NCBI GenBank assembly: GCA_964348665.1
Contig: CAYGDP010000005.1
Coordinates: forward strand, 29,131-93,130
Length of the DNA stretch: 64,000 nt
DNA from: an uncultured Verrucomicrobiota bacterium
Lineage (GTDB): Bacteria; Verrucomicrobiota; Verrucomicrobiia; Palsa-1439; CAYGDP01
Direction: 5' to 3'
The notes under the pieces are model-generated. The model was not told where the DNA came from and made no database searches. It saw only the letters and a list, made by a program, of their open reading frames with translations. Position 1 is the stretch's first letter. Every line of letters starts with the position of its first letter. This document shows positions 1 through 8,558 of this stretch, piece by piece. The position numbers and the translations under genes are program-made.

Positions 1-326
1 ATGCGACGGTAGGCTTCGCTCTTGTCGGGCTTGCCCGCGACAATCGGGATTCCGTGTTCGTGTTGGGCGGTAGCGTCTTCGCGAACATCCATTTGGAGTT
101 TTGCTTTACGTTTGTTGGCGTCGGGCCCGTGGCACTTGAAACAGGTGTTGGATAGAATGGGCCGGATATCGCGGTTGAAATTGATTTTGTCGGGCAAAGC
201 CTCGGCTGCTTGCGCGGCAAACTCCAAACTCCAAATTCCAAGCACCAAAGAAACTCCAAGCCCAAGAGGCCGAAATCTCGCCCCGAGTCGGAGACACACG
301 AGGCGGGCAAACATCAAGCTCCACAT
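1..326 (-). CDS. PSCyt1 (planctomycete cytochrome c) domain protein, N-terminal part only; the gene runs off the left edge
   Basis: Own minus-strand translation; absent from the ORF track because there is no stop in the window. It reads MWSLMFARLVCLRLGARFRPLGLGVSLVLGIWSLEFAAQAAEALPDKINFNRDIRPILSNTCFKCHGPDANKRKAKLQMDVRED... A signal-peptide-like N-terminus is followed by a CxxCH motif typical of PSCyt1/DUF1549/DUF1553 proteins. The start could be the ATG at 326 or 314. Confidence 0.7.
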   Translation of the reverse strand, partial: MWSLMFARLVCLRLGARFRPLGLGVSLVLGIWSLEFAAQAAEALPDKINFNRDIRPILSNTCFKCHGPDANKRKAKLQMDVREDATAQHEHGIPIVAGKPDKSEAYRR

Positions 327-335
327 GCTCCATAT

Positions 336-426
336 TGTCATGCTGAGTCCCGCTACGCGGGACGAAGCATCTCTTCTGTCTGCGCGCCCGAGACGGATGA
401 GATTCTTCGCTGCGCTCAGAATGACA
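336..426. repeat. REP-like palindromic element (TGTCATKCTGAG ... CTCAGAATGACA)
   Basis: Terminal inverted repeat tgtcatgctgag (336-347) / ctcagaatgaca (415-426) with 1 mismatch. It lies in the short gap between two minus-strand genes. A second copy is at 24527-24606. Confidence 0.7.
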
Positions 427-463
427 ATCAGTACGGATTGGTTTTGGAGTTTTTCTTCCAGTT

Positions 464-1927
464 TCATGCGAGAATCTCCTTTACCACCTTCCCCGCCACG
501 TCCGTGAGGCGGAAATTGCGGCCGTTGTAGAGATACGTCAGCTTTTCGTGGTCGAGTCCGAGCAAGTGGAGGATCGTGGCGTGCAAATCGTTCACCGTCA
601 GCTTGTTTGTAACAGCTTTGTGGCCGATTTCGTCGGTCTCGCCGTAATGGACACCGCCTTTGACGCCGCCACCCGCCATCCAAATCGTGTTGGCGTGCGG
701 ATTATGGTCGCGACCGGGTTTGGGATTGTCAATCTGTCCGATGGGCAAGCGGCCAAATTCGCCGCCCCAGATAATTAAGGTGTCTTTGAGCAGGCCGCGT
801 TGTTCCATGTCCGTCAGCAGGGCGGCGATCGGTTTGTCGGTTTCGGCGGCGAACCCGCTGTGGTTGCCGATGATATCCGCATGACCGTCCCAACTCAATT
901 GATTCTCCATGCCACCGCTGTAAATCTGCACGTACCGCACGCCGCGCTCGACCAGCCGCCGCGAAATGAGAACTTGCTTGGCGAAATGCGCGCACCGCGG
1001 GTCATCCAACCCGTACAGTTTCTTGATGGATTCGGGTTCTTTATTGAGATCAAAAACATCGGGCGCGCTGATCTGCATCCGATACGCCAGCTCGAAGCTT
1101 TCGATGCGCGCGTTCATCTCGGCGTCGTCGGGTGCGCTCTTGAGTCGTTCGCGGTTCAGTTTCGCAAGCAAATCCAACTGCGCGCGCTGTTCGACGTCAG
1201 TTTGTTCCGGGGGACGCTTCAGATTTTCGATCGGGTCGCCTTTGGGTCGCAGATAGGTACCTTGATACACGCCGGGCAGGAAACCCGCGCCCCAATTTTG
1301 CGCGTGGCCTTTCGGCAGGCCGCGGTCTTTCGGGTCGGCCATCACCACGAACGCAGGCAGGTCTTTGTTCTCCGTGCCGAGTCCGTAAGTGACCCACGAA
1401 CCGACGCACGGGAAACCCATGCGCGGTAAACCCGTGTTGATGGCGAACAACGCAGGGCTGTGATTGTTCGATTCACCGTGGAGCGAATGGAGAAACGCCA
1501 TTTTATCCACTTGCTTGGCCAATTCGGGAAAGAGCGAGCTAACCCACGAACCGCTCTGGCCATGCTGCGCCCACTGAAACGGCGACTTCATCAGCGGCCC
1601 GACGGCATTTGCGAAAAAACCTGTGTGCTTGTCGAATCCTTCGAGTTTCTGGCCGTCCCGTTTTTGCAGTTCAGGTTTGTAATCCCACGTGTCCACCTGT
1701 GACGGTCCGCCGTTCATGAAAAGCCAAATCACCGATTTCGCTTTCCCCGTGAAATGCGGCGATTTTGGCGCGAGCGGATTGATCGGAGCCGCCGCTGCGG
1801 ACGGCGCGAGCAATCCGTCCATCCGCAGCAAATCCGAGAGCGCCAGCAAACCAAAGCCCGCTCCCGCACGTTTCAGCGCGTCGCGCCGCGACATGCCGCA
1901 GACCGAACAACCGTGTTGAGGTATCAT
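464..1927 (-). CDS. DUF1501 domain protein (sulfatase-like, Tat-exported)
   Basis: 487-aa ORF with a twin-arginine signal (SRRDALKRAGAGFGLLAL) and a GRDHNPHANTIWMAGGG block typical of DUF1501. It sits directly downstream of a DUF1553 gene, the canonical pairing. Confidence 0.9.
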   Translation of the reverse strand: MIPQHGCSVCGMSRRDALKRAGAGFGLLALSDLLRMDGLLAPSAAAAPINPLAPKSPHFTGKAKSVIWLFMNGGPSQVDTWDYKPELQKRDGQKLEGFDKHTGFFANAVGPLMKSPFQWAQHGQSGSWVSSLFPELAKQVDKMAFLHSLHGESNNHSPALFAINTGLPRMGFPCVGSWVTYGLGTENKDLPAFVVMADPKDRGLPKGHAQNWGAGFLPGVYQGTYLRPKGDPIENLKRPPEQTDVEQRAQLDLLAKLNRERLKSAPDDAEMNARIESFELAYRMQISAPDVFDLNKEPESIKKLYGLDDPRCAHFAKQVLISRRLVERGVRYVQIYSGGMENQLSWDGHADIIGNHSGFAAETDKPIAALLTDMEQRGLLKDTLIIWGGEFGRLPIGQIDNPKPGRDHNPHANTIWMAGGGVKGGVHYGETDEIGHKAVTNKLTVNDLHATILHLLGLDHEKLTYLYNGRNFRLTDVAGKVVKEILA

Positions 1928-1936
1928 TATGGCCTC

Positions 1937-4900
1937 TTATTCGACATAGATAAACTCGTTCATGCTCAGAAGGACTTGGCAGAAATCGGTGAGCGCCAGC
2001 ATGGCAGCGTCGTTCTTTTTATCGGCAGTATAGGCCGCGGTTTGAGTTTGGTGAAACGCGACGGCGGTTTCCATCTCAGTCGTGGTTGCCGGCCGGCTAA
2101 GGGCGAGAGTGTAGGCGTGGCTGATTGGTAATCGGTAATCGGTAATCGGTGATCGGTTATTTCCAGTCACCCGCGCTGCGAAACTGCGCGCATAGCCGCG
2201 CACGTGGGGGCTGTTCATCAGCGTGAGCGCTTGGGGGGCGATGGTGGTGTTGACGCGCGCGCCGATGCTCACCGTCGTTTCGGGCGCGTCAAAAAGTTGC
2301 ATGACCGGGATCAGTTGGCTGCGTTTTTGGAAAAAATAAATGCTGCGACGTTTCATCCCTTGATCCAATGTGCCGGGGCCAAACATCGTTGCGTCGAGCT
2401 GGCCGCTCACGGCGAGCATGGCGTCGCGGATGGCTTCAGCTTCGAGTCGACGGCGGGGAAAATGTTGGAGTAATGGAGCATTGGAGTCTTGCGCTCCATC
2501 ACTCCTCTGCATGTATGCCGCACTGGTAACGATGAGTTTATGGATGCGTTTGAGCGACCATCCGTGCGTTTTCAATTCGGTGGCGAGCCAATCCAGAAGT
2601 TCGGGGTGCGTCGGTCGCTCGCCAGCCAGCCCGAAGTCGTTCGGTGTGCCCACGATGCCGCGTCCGAAATGATGATGCCAGAGGCGGTTGACGATGTTGC
2701 GTGCCAGCAAATCGCCCGCGCCGTATTGCGTGTCGGTGATCCAATTGGCAAGCGACCGGCGTCGGTAGCTGGTGCGCGATCCGGGCGGTGTGGCTTCAAA
2801 CCAGCGGTTTTCGGTTGCCGGCGCTCGATTGAGGATTTGCAAGAAACCGGGTGACGCTTCCTCAACTTTCTGCTTCGGATCGCCGCGTTTGAGGACGTAC
2901 GTTTTCGGATAAAAATGCGGAAAGCCGCGGTCGTCGGCATGATGTTTCATTGGCTTGAACCCTTCGCTGGTGACCATGACCTTTTTCTTTTCCGATCTCG
3001 GTTCATTCTTGTCGTGGGAGACGACGGCCTCGTTCAGTTTTTGCCATTCTGGATCAATGCCACGATACCAGACCAATAAGTTCGCGCGCTGCACAGCGGT
3101 GAGTTGCCCGGAGTTTCCGCCCGCAACCAACTGAATCGCTTCAATGGTTGCCTGTGGAACCGCATCGCCCTTCGGTCGTAGAGGCGGTTCTTCCGTGCTC
3201 ACGGAGAGACGCGGCCGACCGATGTTGTGGCGTGTATTCCCTTGAAAATCGAGAGTGACGACGAGTTTCGTGCCGCCCTCGTAACCCGCGAGAGGCGTCT
3301 CCAATTCGAACGATGCGGCGTGGTCTTTGCCAAACTGCGGGTCGAGTGCCCAGCCGCTTTTTTTGTCGGCATCAATCGCCAGTTCGATGGAGAGGTTTTT
3401 TCCCTGATTAAACGTGGCTCTCGGATTCTTGAATTTCAACGAGACGGCTTCGCCCTTTCCATCGGCCGGCGCAGCGGTTACGTGGAAATCGGTCAGGTCA
3501 ATGTTCCCGTTGTCAGCGCGACCCGGACCGCTTTTGACGAACGACGGATGCGCGAGCGCCTCGACGCGGACGCCGGTGATGTTTTTGAGGGACGTGTGCG
3601 CGACGACAGTGTAGGTATCGAAATCCGGATTCTTCCCAGTTGCCAGCAACGAGAGATCGTTTTGTTTGATCAACGTTGCGCCTCCCCCTGATTTTGCTTC
3701 CATGACATCAAGCAACACCCATCTTGGCTCTGGCAAATCTTCCTTTCGTGGTGCTTTGAGCCACTGGTCGAATCGAGAAGCGAGTTGCTCGCGCTCGAAT
3801 TTTTCCCGTGCTGCCACGAGCGATGATCGCTCGGATTCCCACTTGGCTCTTGCCACTTTGGATTTTTCCGGGTCAAAATCCAAATCAATCTCGCTCCGGA
3901 TCGTTGTCGTGAACGCCGCCGCCAGCCCATAATATTCCTTGTTGCTGATTGGGTCGTATTTGTGGTCGTGGCAGCGCGCGCAGCCAATTGTCAATCCGAG
4001 CATGGCAACACCGGTCGTCTTGGCCATGTCATCCAGCTCATCATATCGCGCAGGTTCAAACTCCGCCTCGGTAAGCTGCGTAGGGAACACGCACGCGCCG
4101 AGGAATCCTGTTGCCGCCATCGCCCACGGGTCATTTGGCGCAAATTCGTCCCCCGCGAGATTCCATTTGACGAACTGATCGTAAGGCATGTCGGCGTTGA
4201 ACGCGCGGATGACAAAGTCGCGATACCAGTACGCGTTGGGACGGTCGTAATCCTGCTCGAATCCGTGGCTCTCGCCGAATCGCGCCGCATCGAGCCAATG
4301 CCGCGCCCAACGCTCGCCGAACTGCGGCGAGGCGAGCAAACGATCCACAAGTTTCTCGTATGCGTCGGGGGATTTATCAGCAACGAATGCCTCGATTTCC
4401 TCCGGCGCTGGCGGCAGGCCGATGAGGTCAAACGTAACGCGCCGGATCAACACACGACGGTCGGCGATCGGGCTGGGTTGAAGTTTTTTCTCGGCTAGTT
4501 TGGCGAGGATGAAACGATCGATGTCGTTGCGCGCCCATTTCGCATCGCGCGCTTTCGGCGTCGAGACGCGTTGGATGGGTTGGAAAGCCCAATGCCTGCT
4601 CGGATCGGCCGCGACAGCGACCGAATCGGGCCAGACCGCACCTTGGTCAATCCACGCGCGGAGCTTGGCGATTTTTTCGGTAGCCAACGGCGGCGCCTCG
4701 GCGGGCATCCGGTCGTCGGCATCGGTGGTAACGAGCCGCTGGTACAGCGGGCTTTTTTCCGCGTTACCCGGGATGATGACGGGGCCTTCCTTGCTGCCTT
4801 TCAGCGCGTCCGTTTTTGAATCCAAGCGGAGTCCGGCCTTCTGTTTTTTCGCGCCGTGACACTCATAACAAGAATCGCGCAGGATTGGCTGGATCTCGTG

Positions 4901-5005
4901 AATAAAATCCATTTTTTTCCCCAAAGCCGGTTCGGCTCCAATTGCCATCGCACCGAGCAAGATGAGGAAGACGATCGAAAATGACTTTTGATACCGGTGA
5001 TTCAT
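1937..5005 (-). CDS. PSCyt1 / DUF1549 / DUF1553 domain protein
   Basis: 1022-aa ORF with a signal peptide and a heme-binding-like motif (IQPILRDSCYECHG). It has a DUF1549-like block (DRFILAKLAEKKLQPSP...FDLIGLPP) and a DUF1553-like C-terminus (NRLWHHHFGRGIVGTPNDFG ... SMNEFIYVE). Confidence 0.92.
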   Translation of the reverse strand: MNHRYQKSFSIVFLILLGAMAIGAEPALGKKMDFIHEIQPILRDSCYECHGAKKQKAGLRLDSKTDALKGSKEGPVIIPGNAEKSPLYQRLVTTDADDRMPAEAPPLATEKIAKLRAWIDQGAVWPDSVAVAADPSRHWAFQPIQRVSTPKARDAKWARNDIDRFILAKLAEKKLQPSPIADRRVLIRRVTFDLIGLPPAPEEIEAFVADKSPDAYEKLVDRLLASPQFGERWARHWLDAARFGESHGFEQDYDRPNAYWYRDFVIRAFNADMPYDQFVKWNLAGDEFAPNDPWAMAATGFLGACVFPTQLTEAEFEPARYDELDDMAKTTGVAMLGLTIGCARCHDHKYDPISNKEYYGLAAAFTTTIRSEIDLDFDPEKSKVARAKWESERSSLVAAREKFEREQLASRFDQWLKAPRKEDLPEPRWVLLDVMEAKSGGGATLIKQNDLSLLATGKNPDFDTYTVVAHTSLKNITGVRVEALAHPSFVKSGPGRADNGNIDLTDFHVTAAPADGKGEAVSLKFKNPRATFNQGKNLSIELAIDADKKSGWALDPQFGKDHAASFELETPLAGYEGGTKLVVTLDFQGNTRHNIGRPRLSVSTEEPPLRPKGDAVPQATIEAIQLVAGGNSGQLTAVQRANLLVWYRGIDPEWQKLNEAVVSHDKNEPRSEKKKVMVTSEGFKPMKHHADDRGFPHFYPKTYVLKRGDPKQKVEEASPGFLQILNRAPATENRWFEATPPGSRTSYRRRSLANWITDTQYGAGDLLARNIVNRLWHHHFGRGIVGTPNDFGLAGERPTHPELLDWLATELKTHGWSLKRIHKLIVTSAAYMQRSDGAQDSNAPLLQHFPRRRLEAEAIRDAMLAVSGQLDATMFGPGTLDQGMKRRSIYFFQKRSQLIPVMQLFDAPETTVSIGARVNTTIAPQALTLMNSPHVRGYARSFAARVTGNNRSPITDYRLPISHAYTLALSRPATTTEMETAVAFHQTQTAAYTADKKNDAAMLALTDFCQVLLSMNEFIYVE
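2127..2161. repeat. Heptanucleotide tandem array (GGTAATC-like, about 5 units) inside the DUF1553 coding sequence
   Basis: ggtaatc ggtaatc ggtaatc ggtgatc ggttatt on the + strand. On the minus strand it encodes SPITDYRLPIS, in frame. Confidence 0.8.
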
Positions 5006-5014
5006 TGGGATGGT

Positions 5015-5719
5015 TCAGTTTTCTTCAACTAACTTGCCGTTGACGTAAAGAGAAATCGTGCCGGTGTTTTTCACAGTGACAGCTAGGTGAATCCATTTTT
5101 CGGTGTCGAGATCGGTTTGGTAAGTGATGATTTCTGACCCGACAATGACGCGGAGTGTATTGGCCGGGTAAATATCCAGAAGAAACCCGTCCGTGCCACC
5201 AGGAGTAATCTTGTCTACTATTCGGCAAGTAGCGATCCCCGTTTCCGGGCGCACCCAAACATCTACGGTGAAACCTTTGGAAAAATCAAGGGTTTCGCTG
5301 TCATCCACAGTTAGATACCCGCCCGAAAATTCCCCGCAGGGAACACCACCTTCATTGTTTTCTTCGACATCGCCTTCCACTGCTGCGGGGAGTTTGCCGG
5401 CGTTGGCGGGACAAGAATCTTTTTTAACCTGGCCGAGCAGCCATTCGTGGTCGGGGGTAGGTGATTCGGCTTTGTCAAAGGGCTTGCGTTGAGCGAGGAA
5501 GGCGACTTCATCCTTTTTGATGGCGCGCTTGTAGAGACGAACGGATGCGATCCGGCCTTTATAGGTGTTGCCACCACTTTGGTCGGCTCCGATGCGGAAG
5601 GGTAGGTGATTGTCGGGGAATTGTGCTAGCCCAGTGAACGGCAGCAACGCGGTCGCAAGCGCGGTGAGGGCTATTCCGGTTGCACTATGAGAATTGATTG
5701 GTGTAGTCCGATTCATCAT
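5015..5719 (-). CDS. LamG / concanavalin-A-like lectin domain protein, secreted
   Basis: 234-aa ORF with a signal peptide. Beta-rich with LamG-like blocks (FTVDVWVRP, WIHLAVTV, SLYVNGKL). 10-bp gap to the downstream gene. Confidence 0.75.
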   Translation of the reverse strand: MMNRTTPINSHSATGIALTALATALLPFTGLAQFPDNHLPFRIGADQSGGNTYKGRIASVRLYKRAIKKDEVAFLAQRKPFDKAESPTPDHEWLLGQVKKDSCPANAGKLPAAVEGDVEENNEGGVPCGEFSGGYLTVDDSETLDFSKGFTVDVWVRPETGIATCRIVDKITPGGTDGFLLDIYPANTLRVIVGSEIITYQTDLDTEKWIHLAVTVKNTGTISLYVNGKLVEEN

Positions 5720-5735
5720 TTGGATAAAATATTCA

Positions 5736-6452
5736 TCATCTCGGGTTTGACGTCAATACTTGATAACCTCGGCTTACGGTTTCTTCAGCCGTCTTGCTTG
5801 GTTCGCGTCCACCAGCGCCTTCGCGGCGCGGGACAAACGCGACTGTGATCCAGCCCGCTTTTACCCAATCTTCGGCGTAATTTGCTGGCAGCCCGGTAGC
5901 GACAATTTTTGGCAACGTCGCGCCTGCTTGGCGCACGTCATCGAAGAGAGTCATTTGGATGGGCAGAAAATTGATGATTAATTGCGCATTCGGGTTGTCG
6001 TTCATCGCCGTTTGCAAGTCGCTCCAGATGAGCATTCCATTGCCCATCGAGATCGAGGGGCGCGCGGCATCAAAAAGCCTTGTCGTAATGTTTGGTGAGA
6101 GTCCTTTCTGGAGTCCCTCCAACTGTGCTTCCTTGATTATTTTTTCTCGGGGACTATTATCCGTAATGCTTTTCGACCAGGTAAATACGAGCACGTCTCC
6201 GCCTTGCGGTAACAACTGACTGGCGCGTTGTCCCATGACCTCGCCGAGCGCTCTGACCCATTCGCGGTAGCTGGTGTCCTCGGCTTCCGGCGTGGGTCGG
6301 GACGGGAAAATCCAGGAGAGGATTACCGCTATGGTGAGAAGTGTGGCAGATGCCTGTACAGGAAGTTCCCCCTGTCCGCGCGACTTTTTATAATTCCAAA
6401 AAGATACGCACGTCAGAATTGTGAAGATGAGAATGAAAAAATACCAAATCAC
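5736..6452 (-). CDS. Hypothetical membrane-anchored protein
   Basis: 238-aa ORF with one N-terminal TM helix (IWYFFILIFTILTCVSFW). No family recognised. Tightly packed in the operon, 3 bp from the upstream gene. Confidence 0.7.
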   Translation of the reverse strand: MIWYFFILIFTILTCVSFWNYKKSRGQGELPVQASATLLTIAVILSWIFPSRPTPEAEDTSYREWVRALGEVMGQRASQLLPQGGDVLVFTWSKSITDNSPREKIIKEAQLEGLQKGLSPNITTRLFDAARPSISMGNGMLIWSDLQTAMNDNPNAQLIINFLPIQMTLFDDVRQAGATLPKIVATGLPANYAEDWVKAGWITVAFVPRREGAGGREPSKTAEETVSRGYQVLTSNPR

Positions 6453-6454
6453 GG

Positions 6455-7156
6455 CTAAAAATCGTACCAGTTTGCTCTAATATCGCCAAATGTGCGATAT
6501 GCTACGTGGCCATCGGCAAACGCCCAATTTGCAAATCGCTTAAAAGGATCAGTTACCGTAGGGGAATGGTTTTGTCCCCATTCGACGTCCCATGGGCAGT
6601 TGCAAGCGTTCCACGCCTGGTTTTGGCAAGTACATCCTGCCGCCGCGCGTGGTCCAGTGCTGGCCGTGCGATATTTCCACTCGTCAATCAGCACGGCTTC
6701 GGAGGAGCGTTTCACAACGCCGGTGGGTTTTCCTGCCGCTTGACCGTTATACCAATAGTTACTGTCCGCGGTCGGGGTAGGATTATAGCCGCCTCCTCCA
6801 GAGTATTCGATGGCGAGAGGACACTGGAACACGCTAAGGTTCGCGTCTTTCGTCTTGAACATATAACGCTTGATTTCGTTGATCCAGCAGGGATTGATTG
6901 TGTCATAAGGGACGGAGTCGCCGCCTTGGGATGGGTACACCTTAAAATCGTTTGTGTAAACGATACAGGCCAGAGCGAGCTGATGCATGTTGCTGGCACA
7001 GGTAACGTTGGCAGCACGGCGCTTGGCTGCCTCCATGACAGGGAATAACATCCGCGCTAGCAGCAGGATTACTGCAATGACGACCAGCAACTCGACCAGC
7101 GTAAAACTATTCTCTTGGCGCTGACATCTTGGCGGAATGGCCATGACTACCTCCAT
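6455..7156 (-). CDS. Prepilin-type N-terminal cleavage/methylation domain protein (DUF1559-like pseudopilin)
   Basis: 233 aa with a pilin-like leader/helix (FTLVELLVVIAVILLLA) and a C-terminal FADGHVAY (H-X9-DG-type) motif. Confidence 0.88.
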   Translation of the reverse strand: MEVVMAIPPRCQRQENSFTLVELLVVIAVILLLARMLFPVMEAAKRRAANVTCASNMHQLALACIVYTNDFKVYPSQGGDSVPYDTINPCWINEIKRYMFKTKDANLSVFQCPLAIEYSGGGGYNPTPTADSNYWYNGQAAGKPTGVVKRSSEAVLIDEWKYRTASTGPRAAAGCTCQNQAWNACNCPWDVEWGQNHSPTVTDPFKRFANWAFADGHVAYRTFGDIRANWYDF

Positions 7157-7677
7157 CCTTTCCTTCGCGGCGATTCCACCCGAACGCCAAATAGTTGTTC
7201 GTTATTGACAGAACCCACTGCCTTGAGATCGAAATTTGAGCGTGAACTTCGCACCGTTTTACCAAAGCAACTCGTTAACATGCTGCAAAAACCGAACAAT
7301 TTAGCCTTCATCGGTGTTTCGATTCCTTTCTATTCTCGCTTCCTTACATCCAAAACACGATGATGTGAATGGATAATCCTGCAAAAAATAATGTACAATC
7401 CTCTCATGTAATTCGCTGGCAAATATTCGTGGTGGGAGCACTTAACTGTGGTTTTGTACAACAGTTCGCGCCACTTAGAGTCAGGAATAAAAGGCACGCA
7501 ATAATCACGATAAGTGTAATGACACCCTGTTATTTGACTTAATGTAATCGAAAAGCCGCTTGGGTGGAGAGGTTTTTTACTTGTGGTTTTTCCCGTTTCT
7601 TTCATGTCGAATTCACTATATCGTTTTCTGCTTGTATACTCGACGAGTTACTTCTATCATCTATTCGGAAAAAGCAA

Positions 7678-8550
7678 ATGTCCAAATCCGTAAAAGTTGT
7701 GTCTTTTTCAGCAAAACGCCGTCGGAAGACCCGACAACCGCCAAGAAATTACTTCACCAATCTTAGCGGCATCGCGTTTCCACGTCTCGTAATCCACTCG
7801 GTCGGTTACCTGCCTCGGTGCCGTGATTGGAATTACGACCGCGTTATTAGTCCGTTCTGGCGGATGTATTACAACTCATGCGCCGGCAATTATGTCCTAT
7901 CGGGAGGCAAACGATACGATATGGACGATTGTCGCGTGCTGATGATTCCTGAGAACGTTGAGTTCACCACGCGAAGCAACCCGCACGCGCCGCATCTCTA
8001 CAGCCATTTTTCCATGCTGCCCTCACGATCATGGTCGCCAACACAGCCCTATTGGATTTCCGTGGATCCATCGTTGCAGGAAGCCTTGGGACAACTTCGT
8101 TCCTTTGCTTTGCAGACTTCGTCCCCGGAACAACCCCAGCGGCTCTTTCATGCCGCGTCGGTCGTCTTGCACATGTGTCAGTTGCGCGCGCCGCTGGGGC
8201 GAAAGAAGGTATGGCCGGAAAAACTAGTGGGCCTGATCGAAGCCATCGAAGGATCGCCGGCGGCCGAGTGGTATTGTGCCACGATGGCGCGACAAGTTGG
8301 GATGAGTGCGGACAACTTCGCCCGCTGGTTCAAACACAATGTCGGAGTGACTCCAGCACGCTACGTGGTTCATAGTCGCGTACGACGAGCCTCGCAATTG
8401 TTGACAGACACGAATCGGAAGCTGGACGATATCGCCGCTGAAGTGGGATTTCCGAACCGGTATTATTTTACGCGCGTGTTTACCAACCTCATGCAACGTG
8501 CGCCGGCGCGATATCGAGGGGCGTACCGGGAAATTTTCAGGCGGCGATAG
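7678..8550 (+). CDS. AraC family transcriptional regulator
   Basis: C-terminal double HTH (MSADNFARWFKHNVGVTPARYVVHSRVRRASQLL...IAAEVGFPNRYYFTRVFTNLMQRAP). The ATG at 7678 is preferred over the ORF-track start at 7564. Divergent from the 7156-464 operon across a 520-bp AT-rich region. Confidence 0.9.
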   Translation: MSKSVKVVSFSAKRRRKTRQPPRNYFTNLSGIAFPRLVIHSVGYLPRCRDWNYDRVISPFWRMYYNSCAGNYVLSGGKRYDMDDCRVLMIPENVEFTTRSNPHAPHLYSHFSMLPSRSWSPTQPYWISVDPSLQEALGQLRSFALQTSSPEQPQRLFHAASVVLHMCQLRAPLGRKKVWPEKLVGLIEAIEGSPAAEWYCATMARQVGMSADNFARWFKHNVGVTPARYVVHSRVRRASQLLTDTNRKLDDIAAEVGFPNRYYFTRVFTNLMQRAPARYRGAYREIFRRR

Positions 8551-8558
8551 CGATGATT

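Noticed and set aside
22-530. Plus-strand ORFs 22-507 and 210-530
   Set aside because: They read through the heptamer array and the palindromic repeat and are antisense to the PSCyt1 gene start. They give the typical low-complexity translations of repeat DNA.
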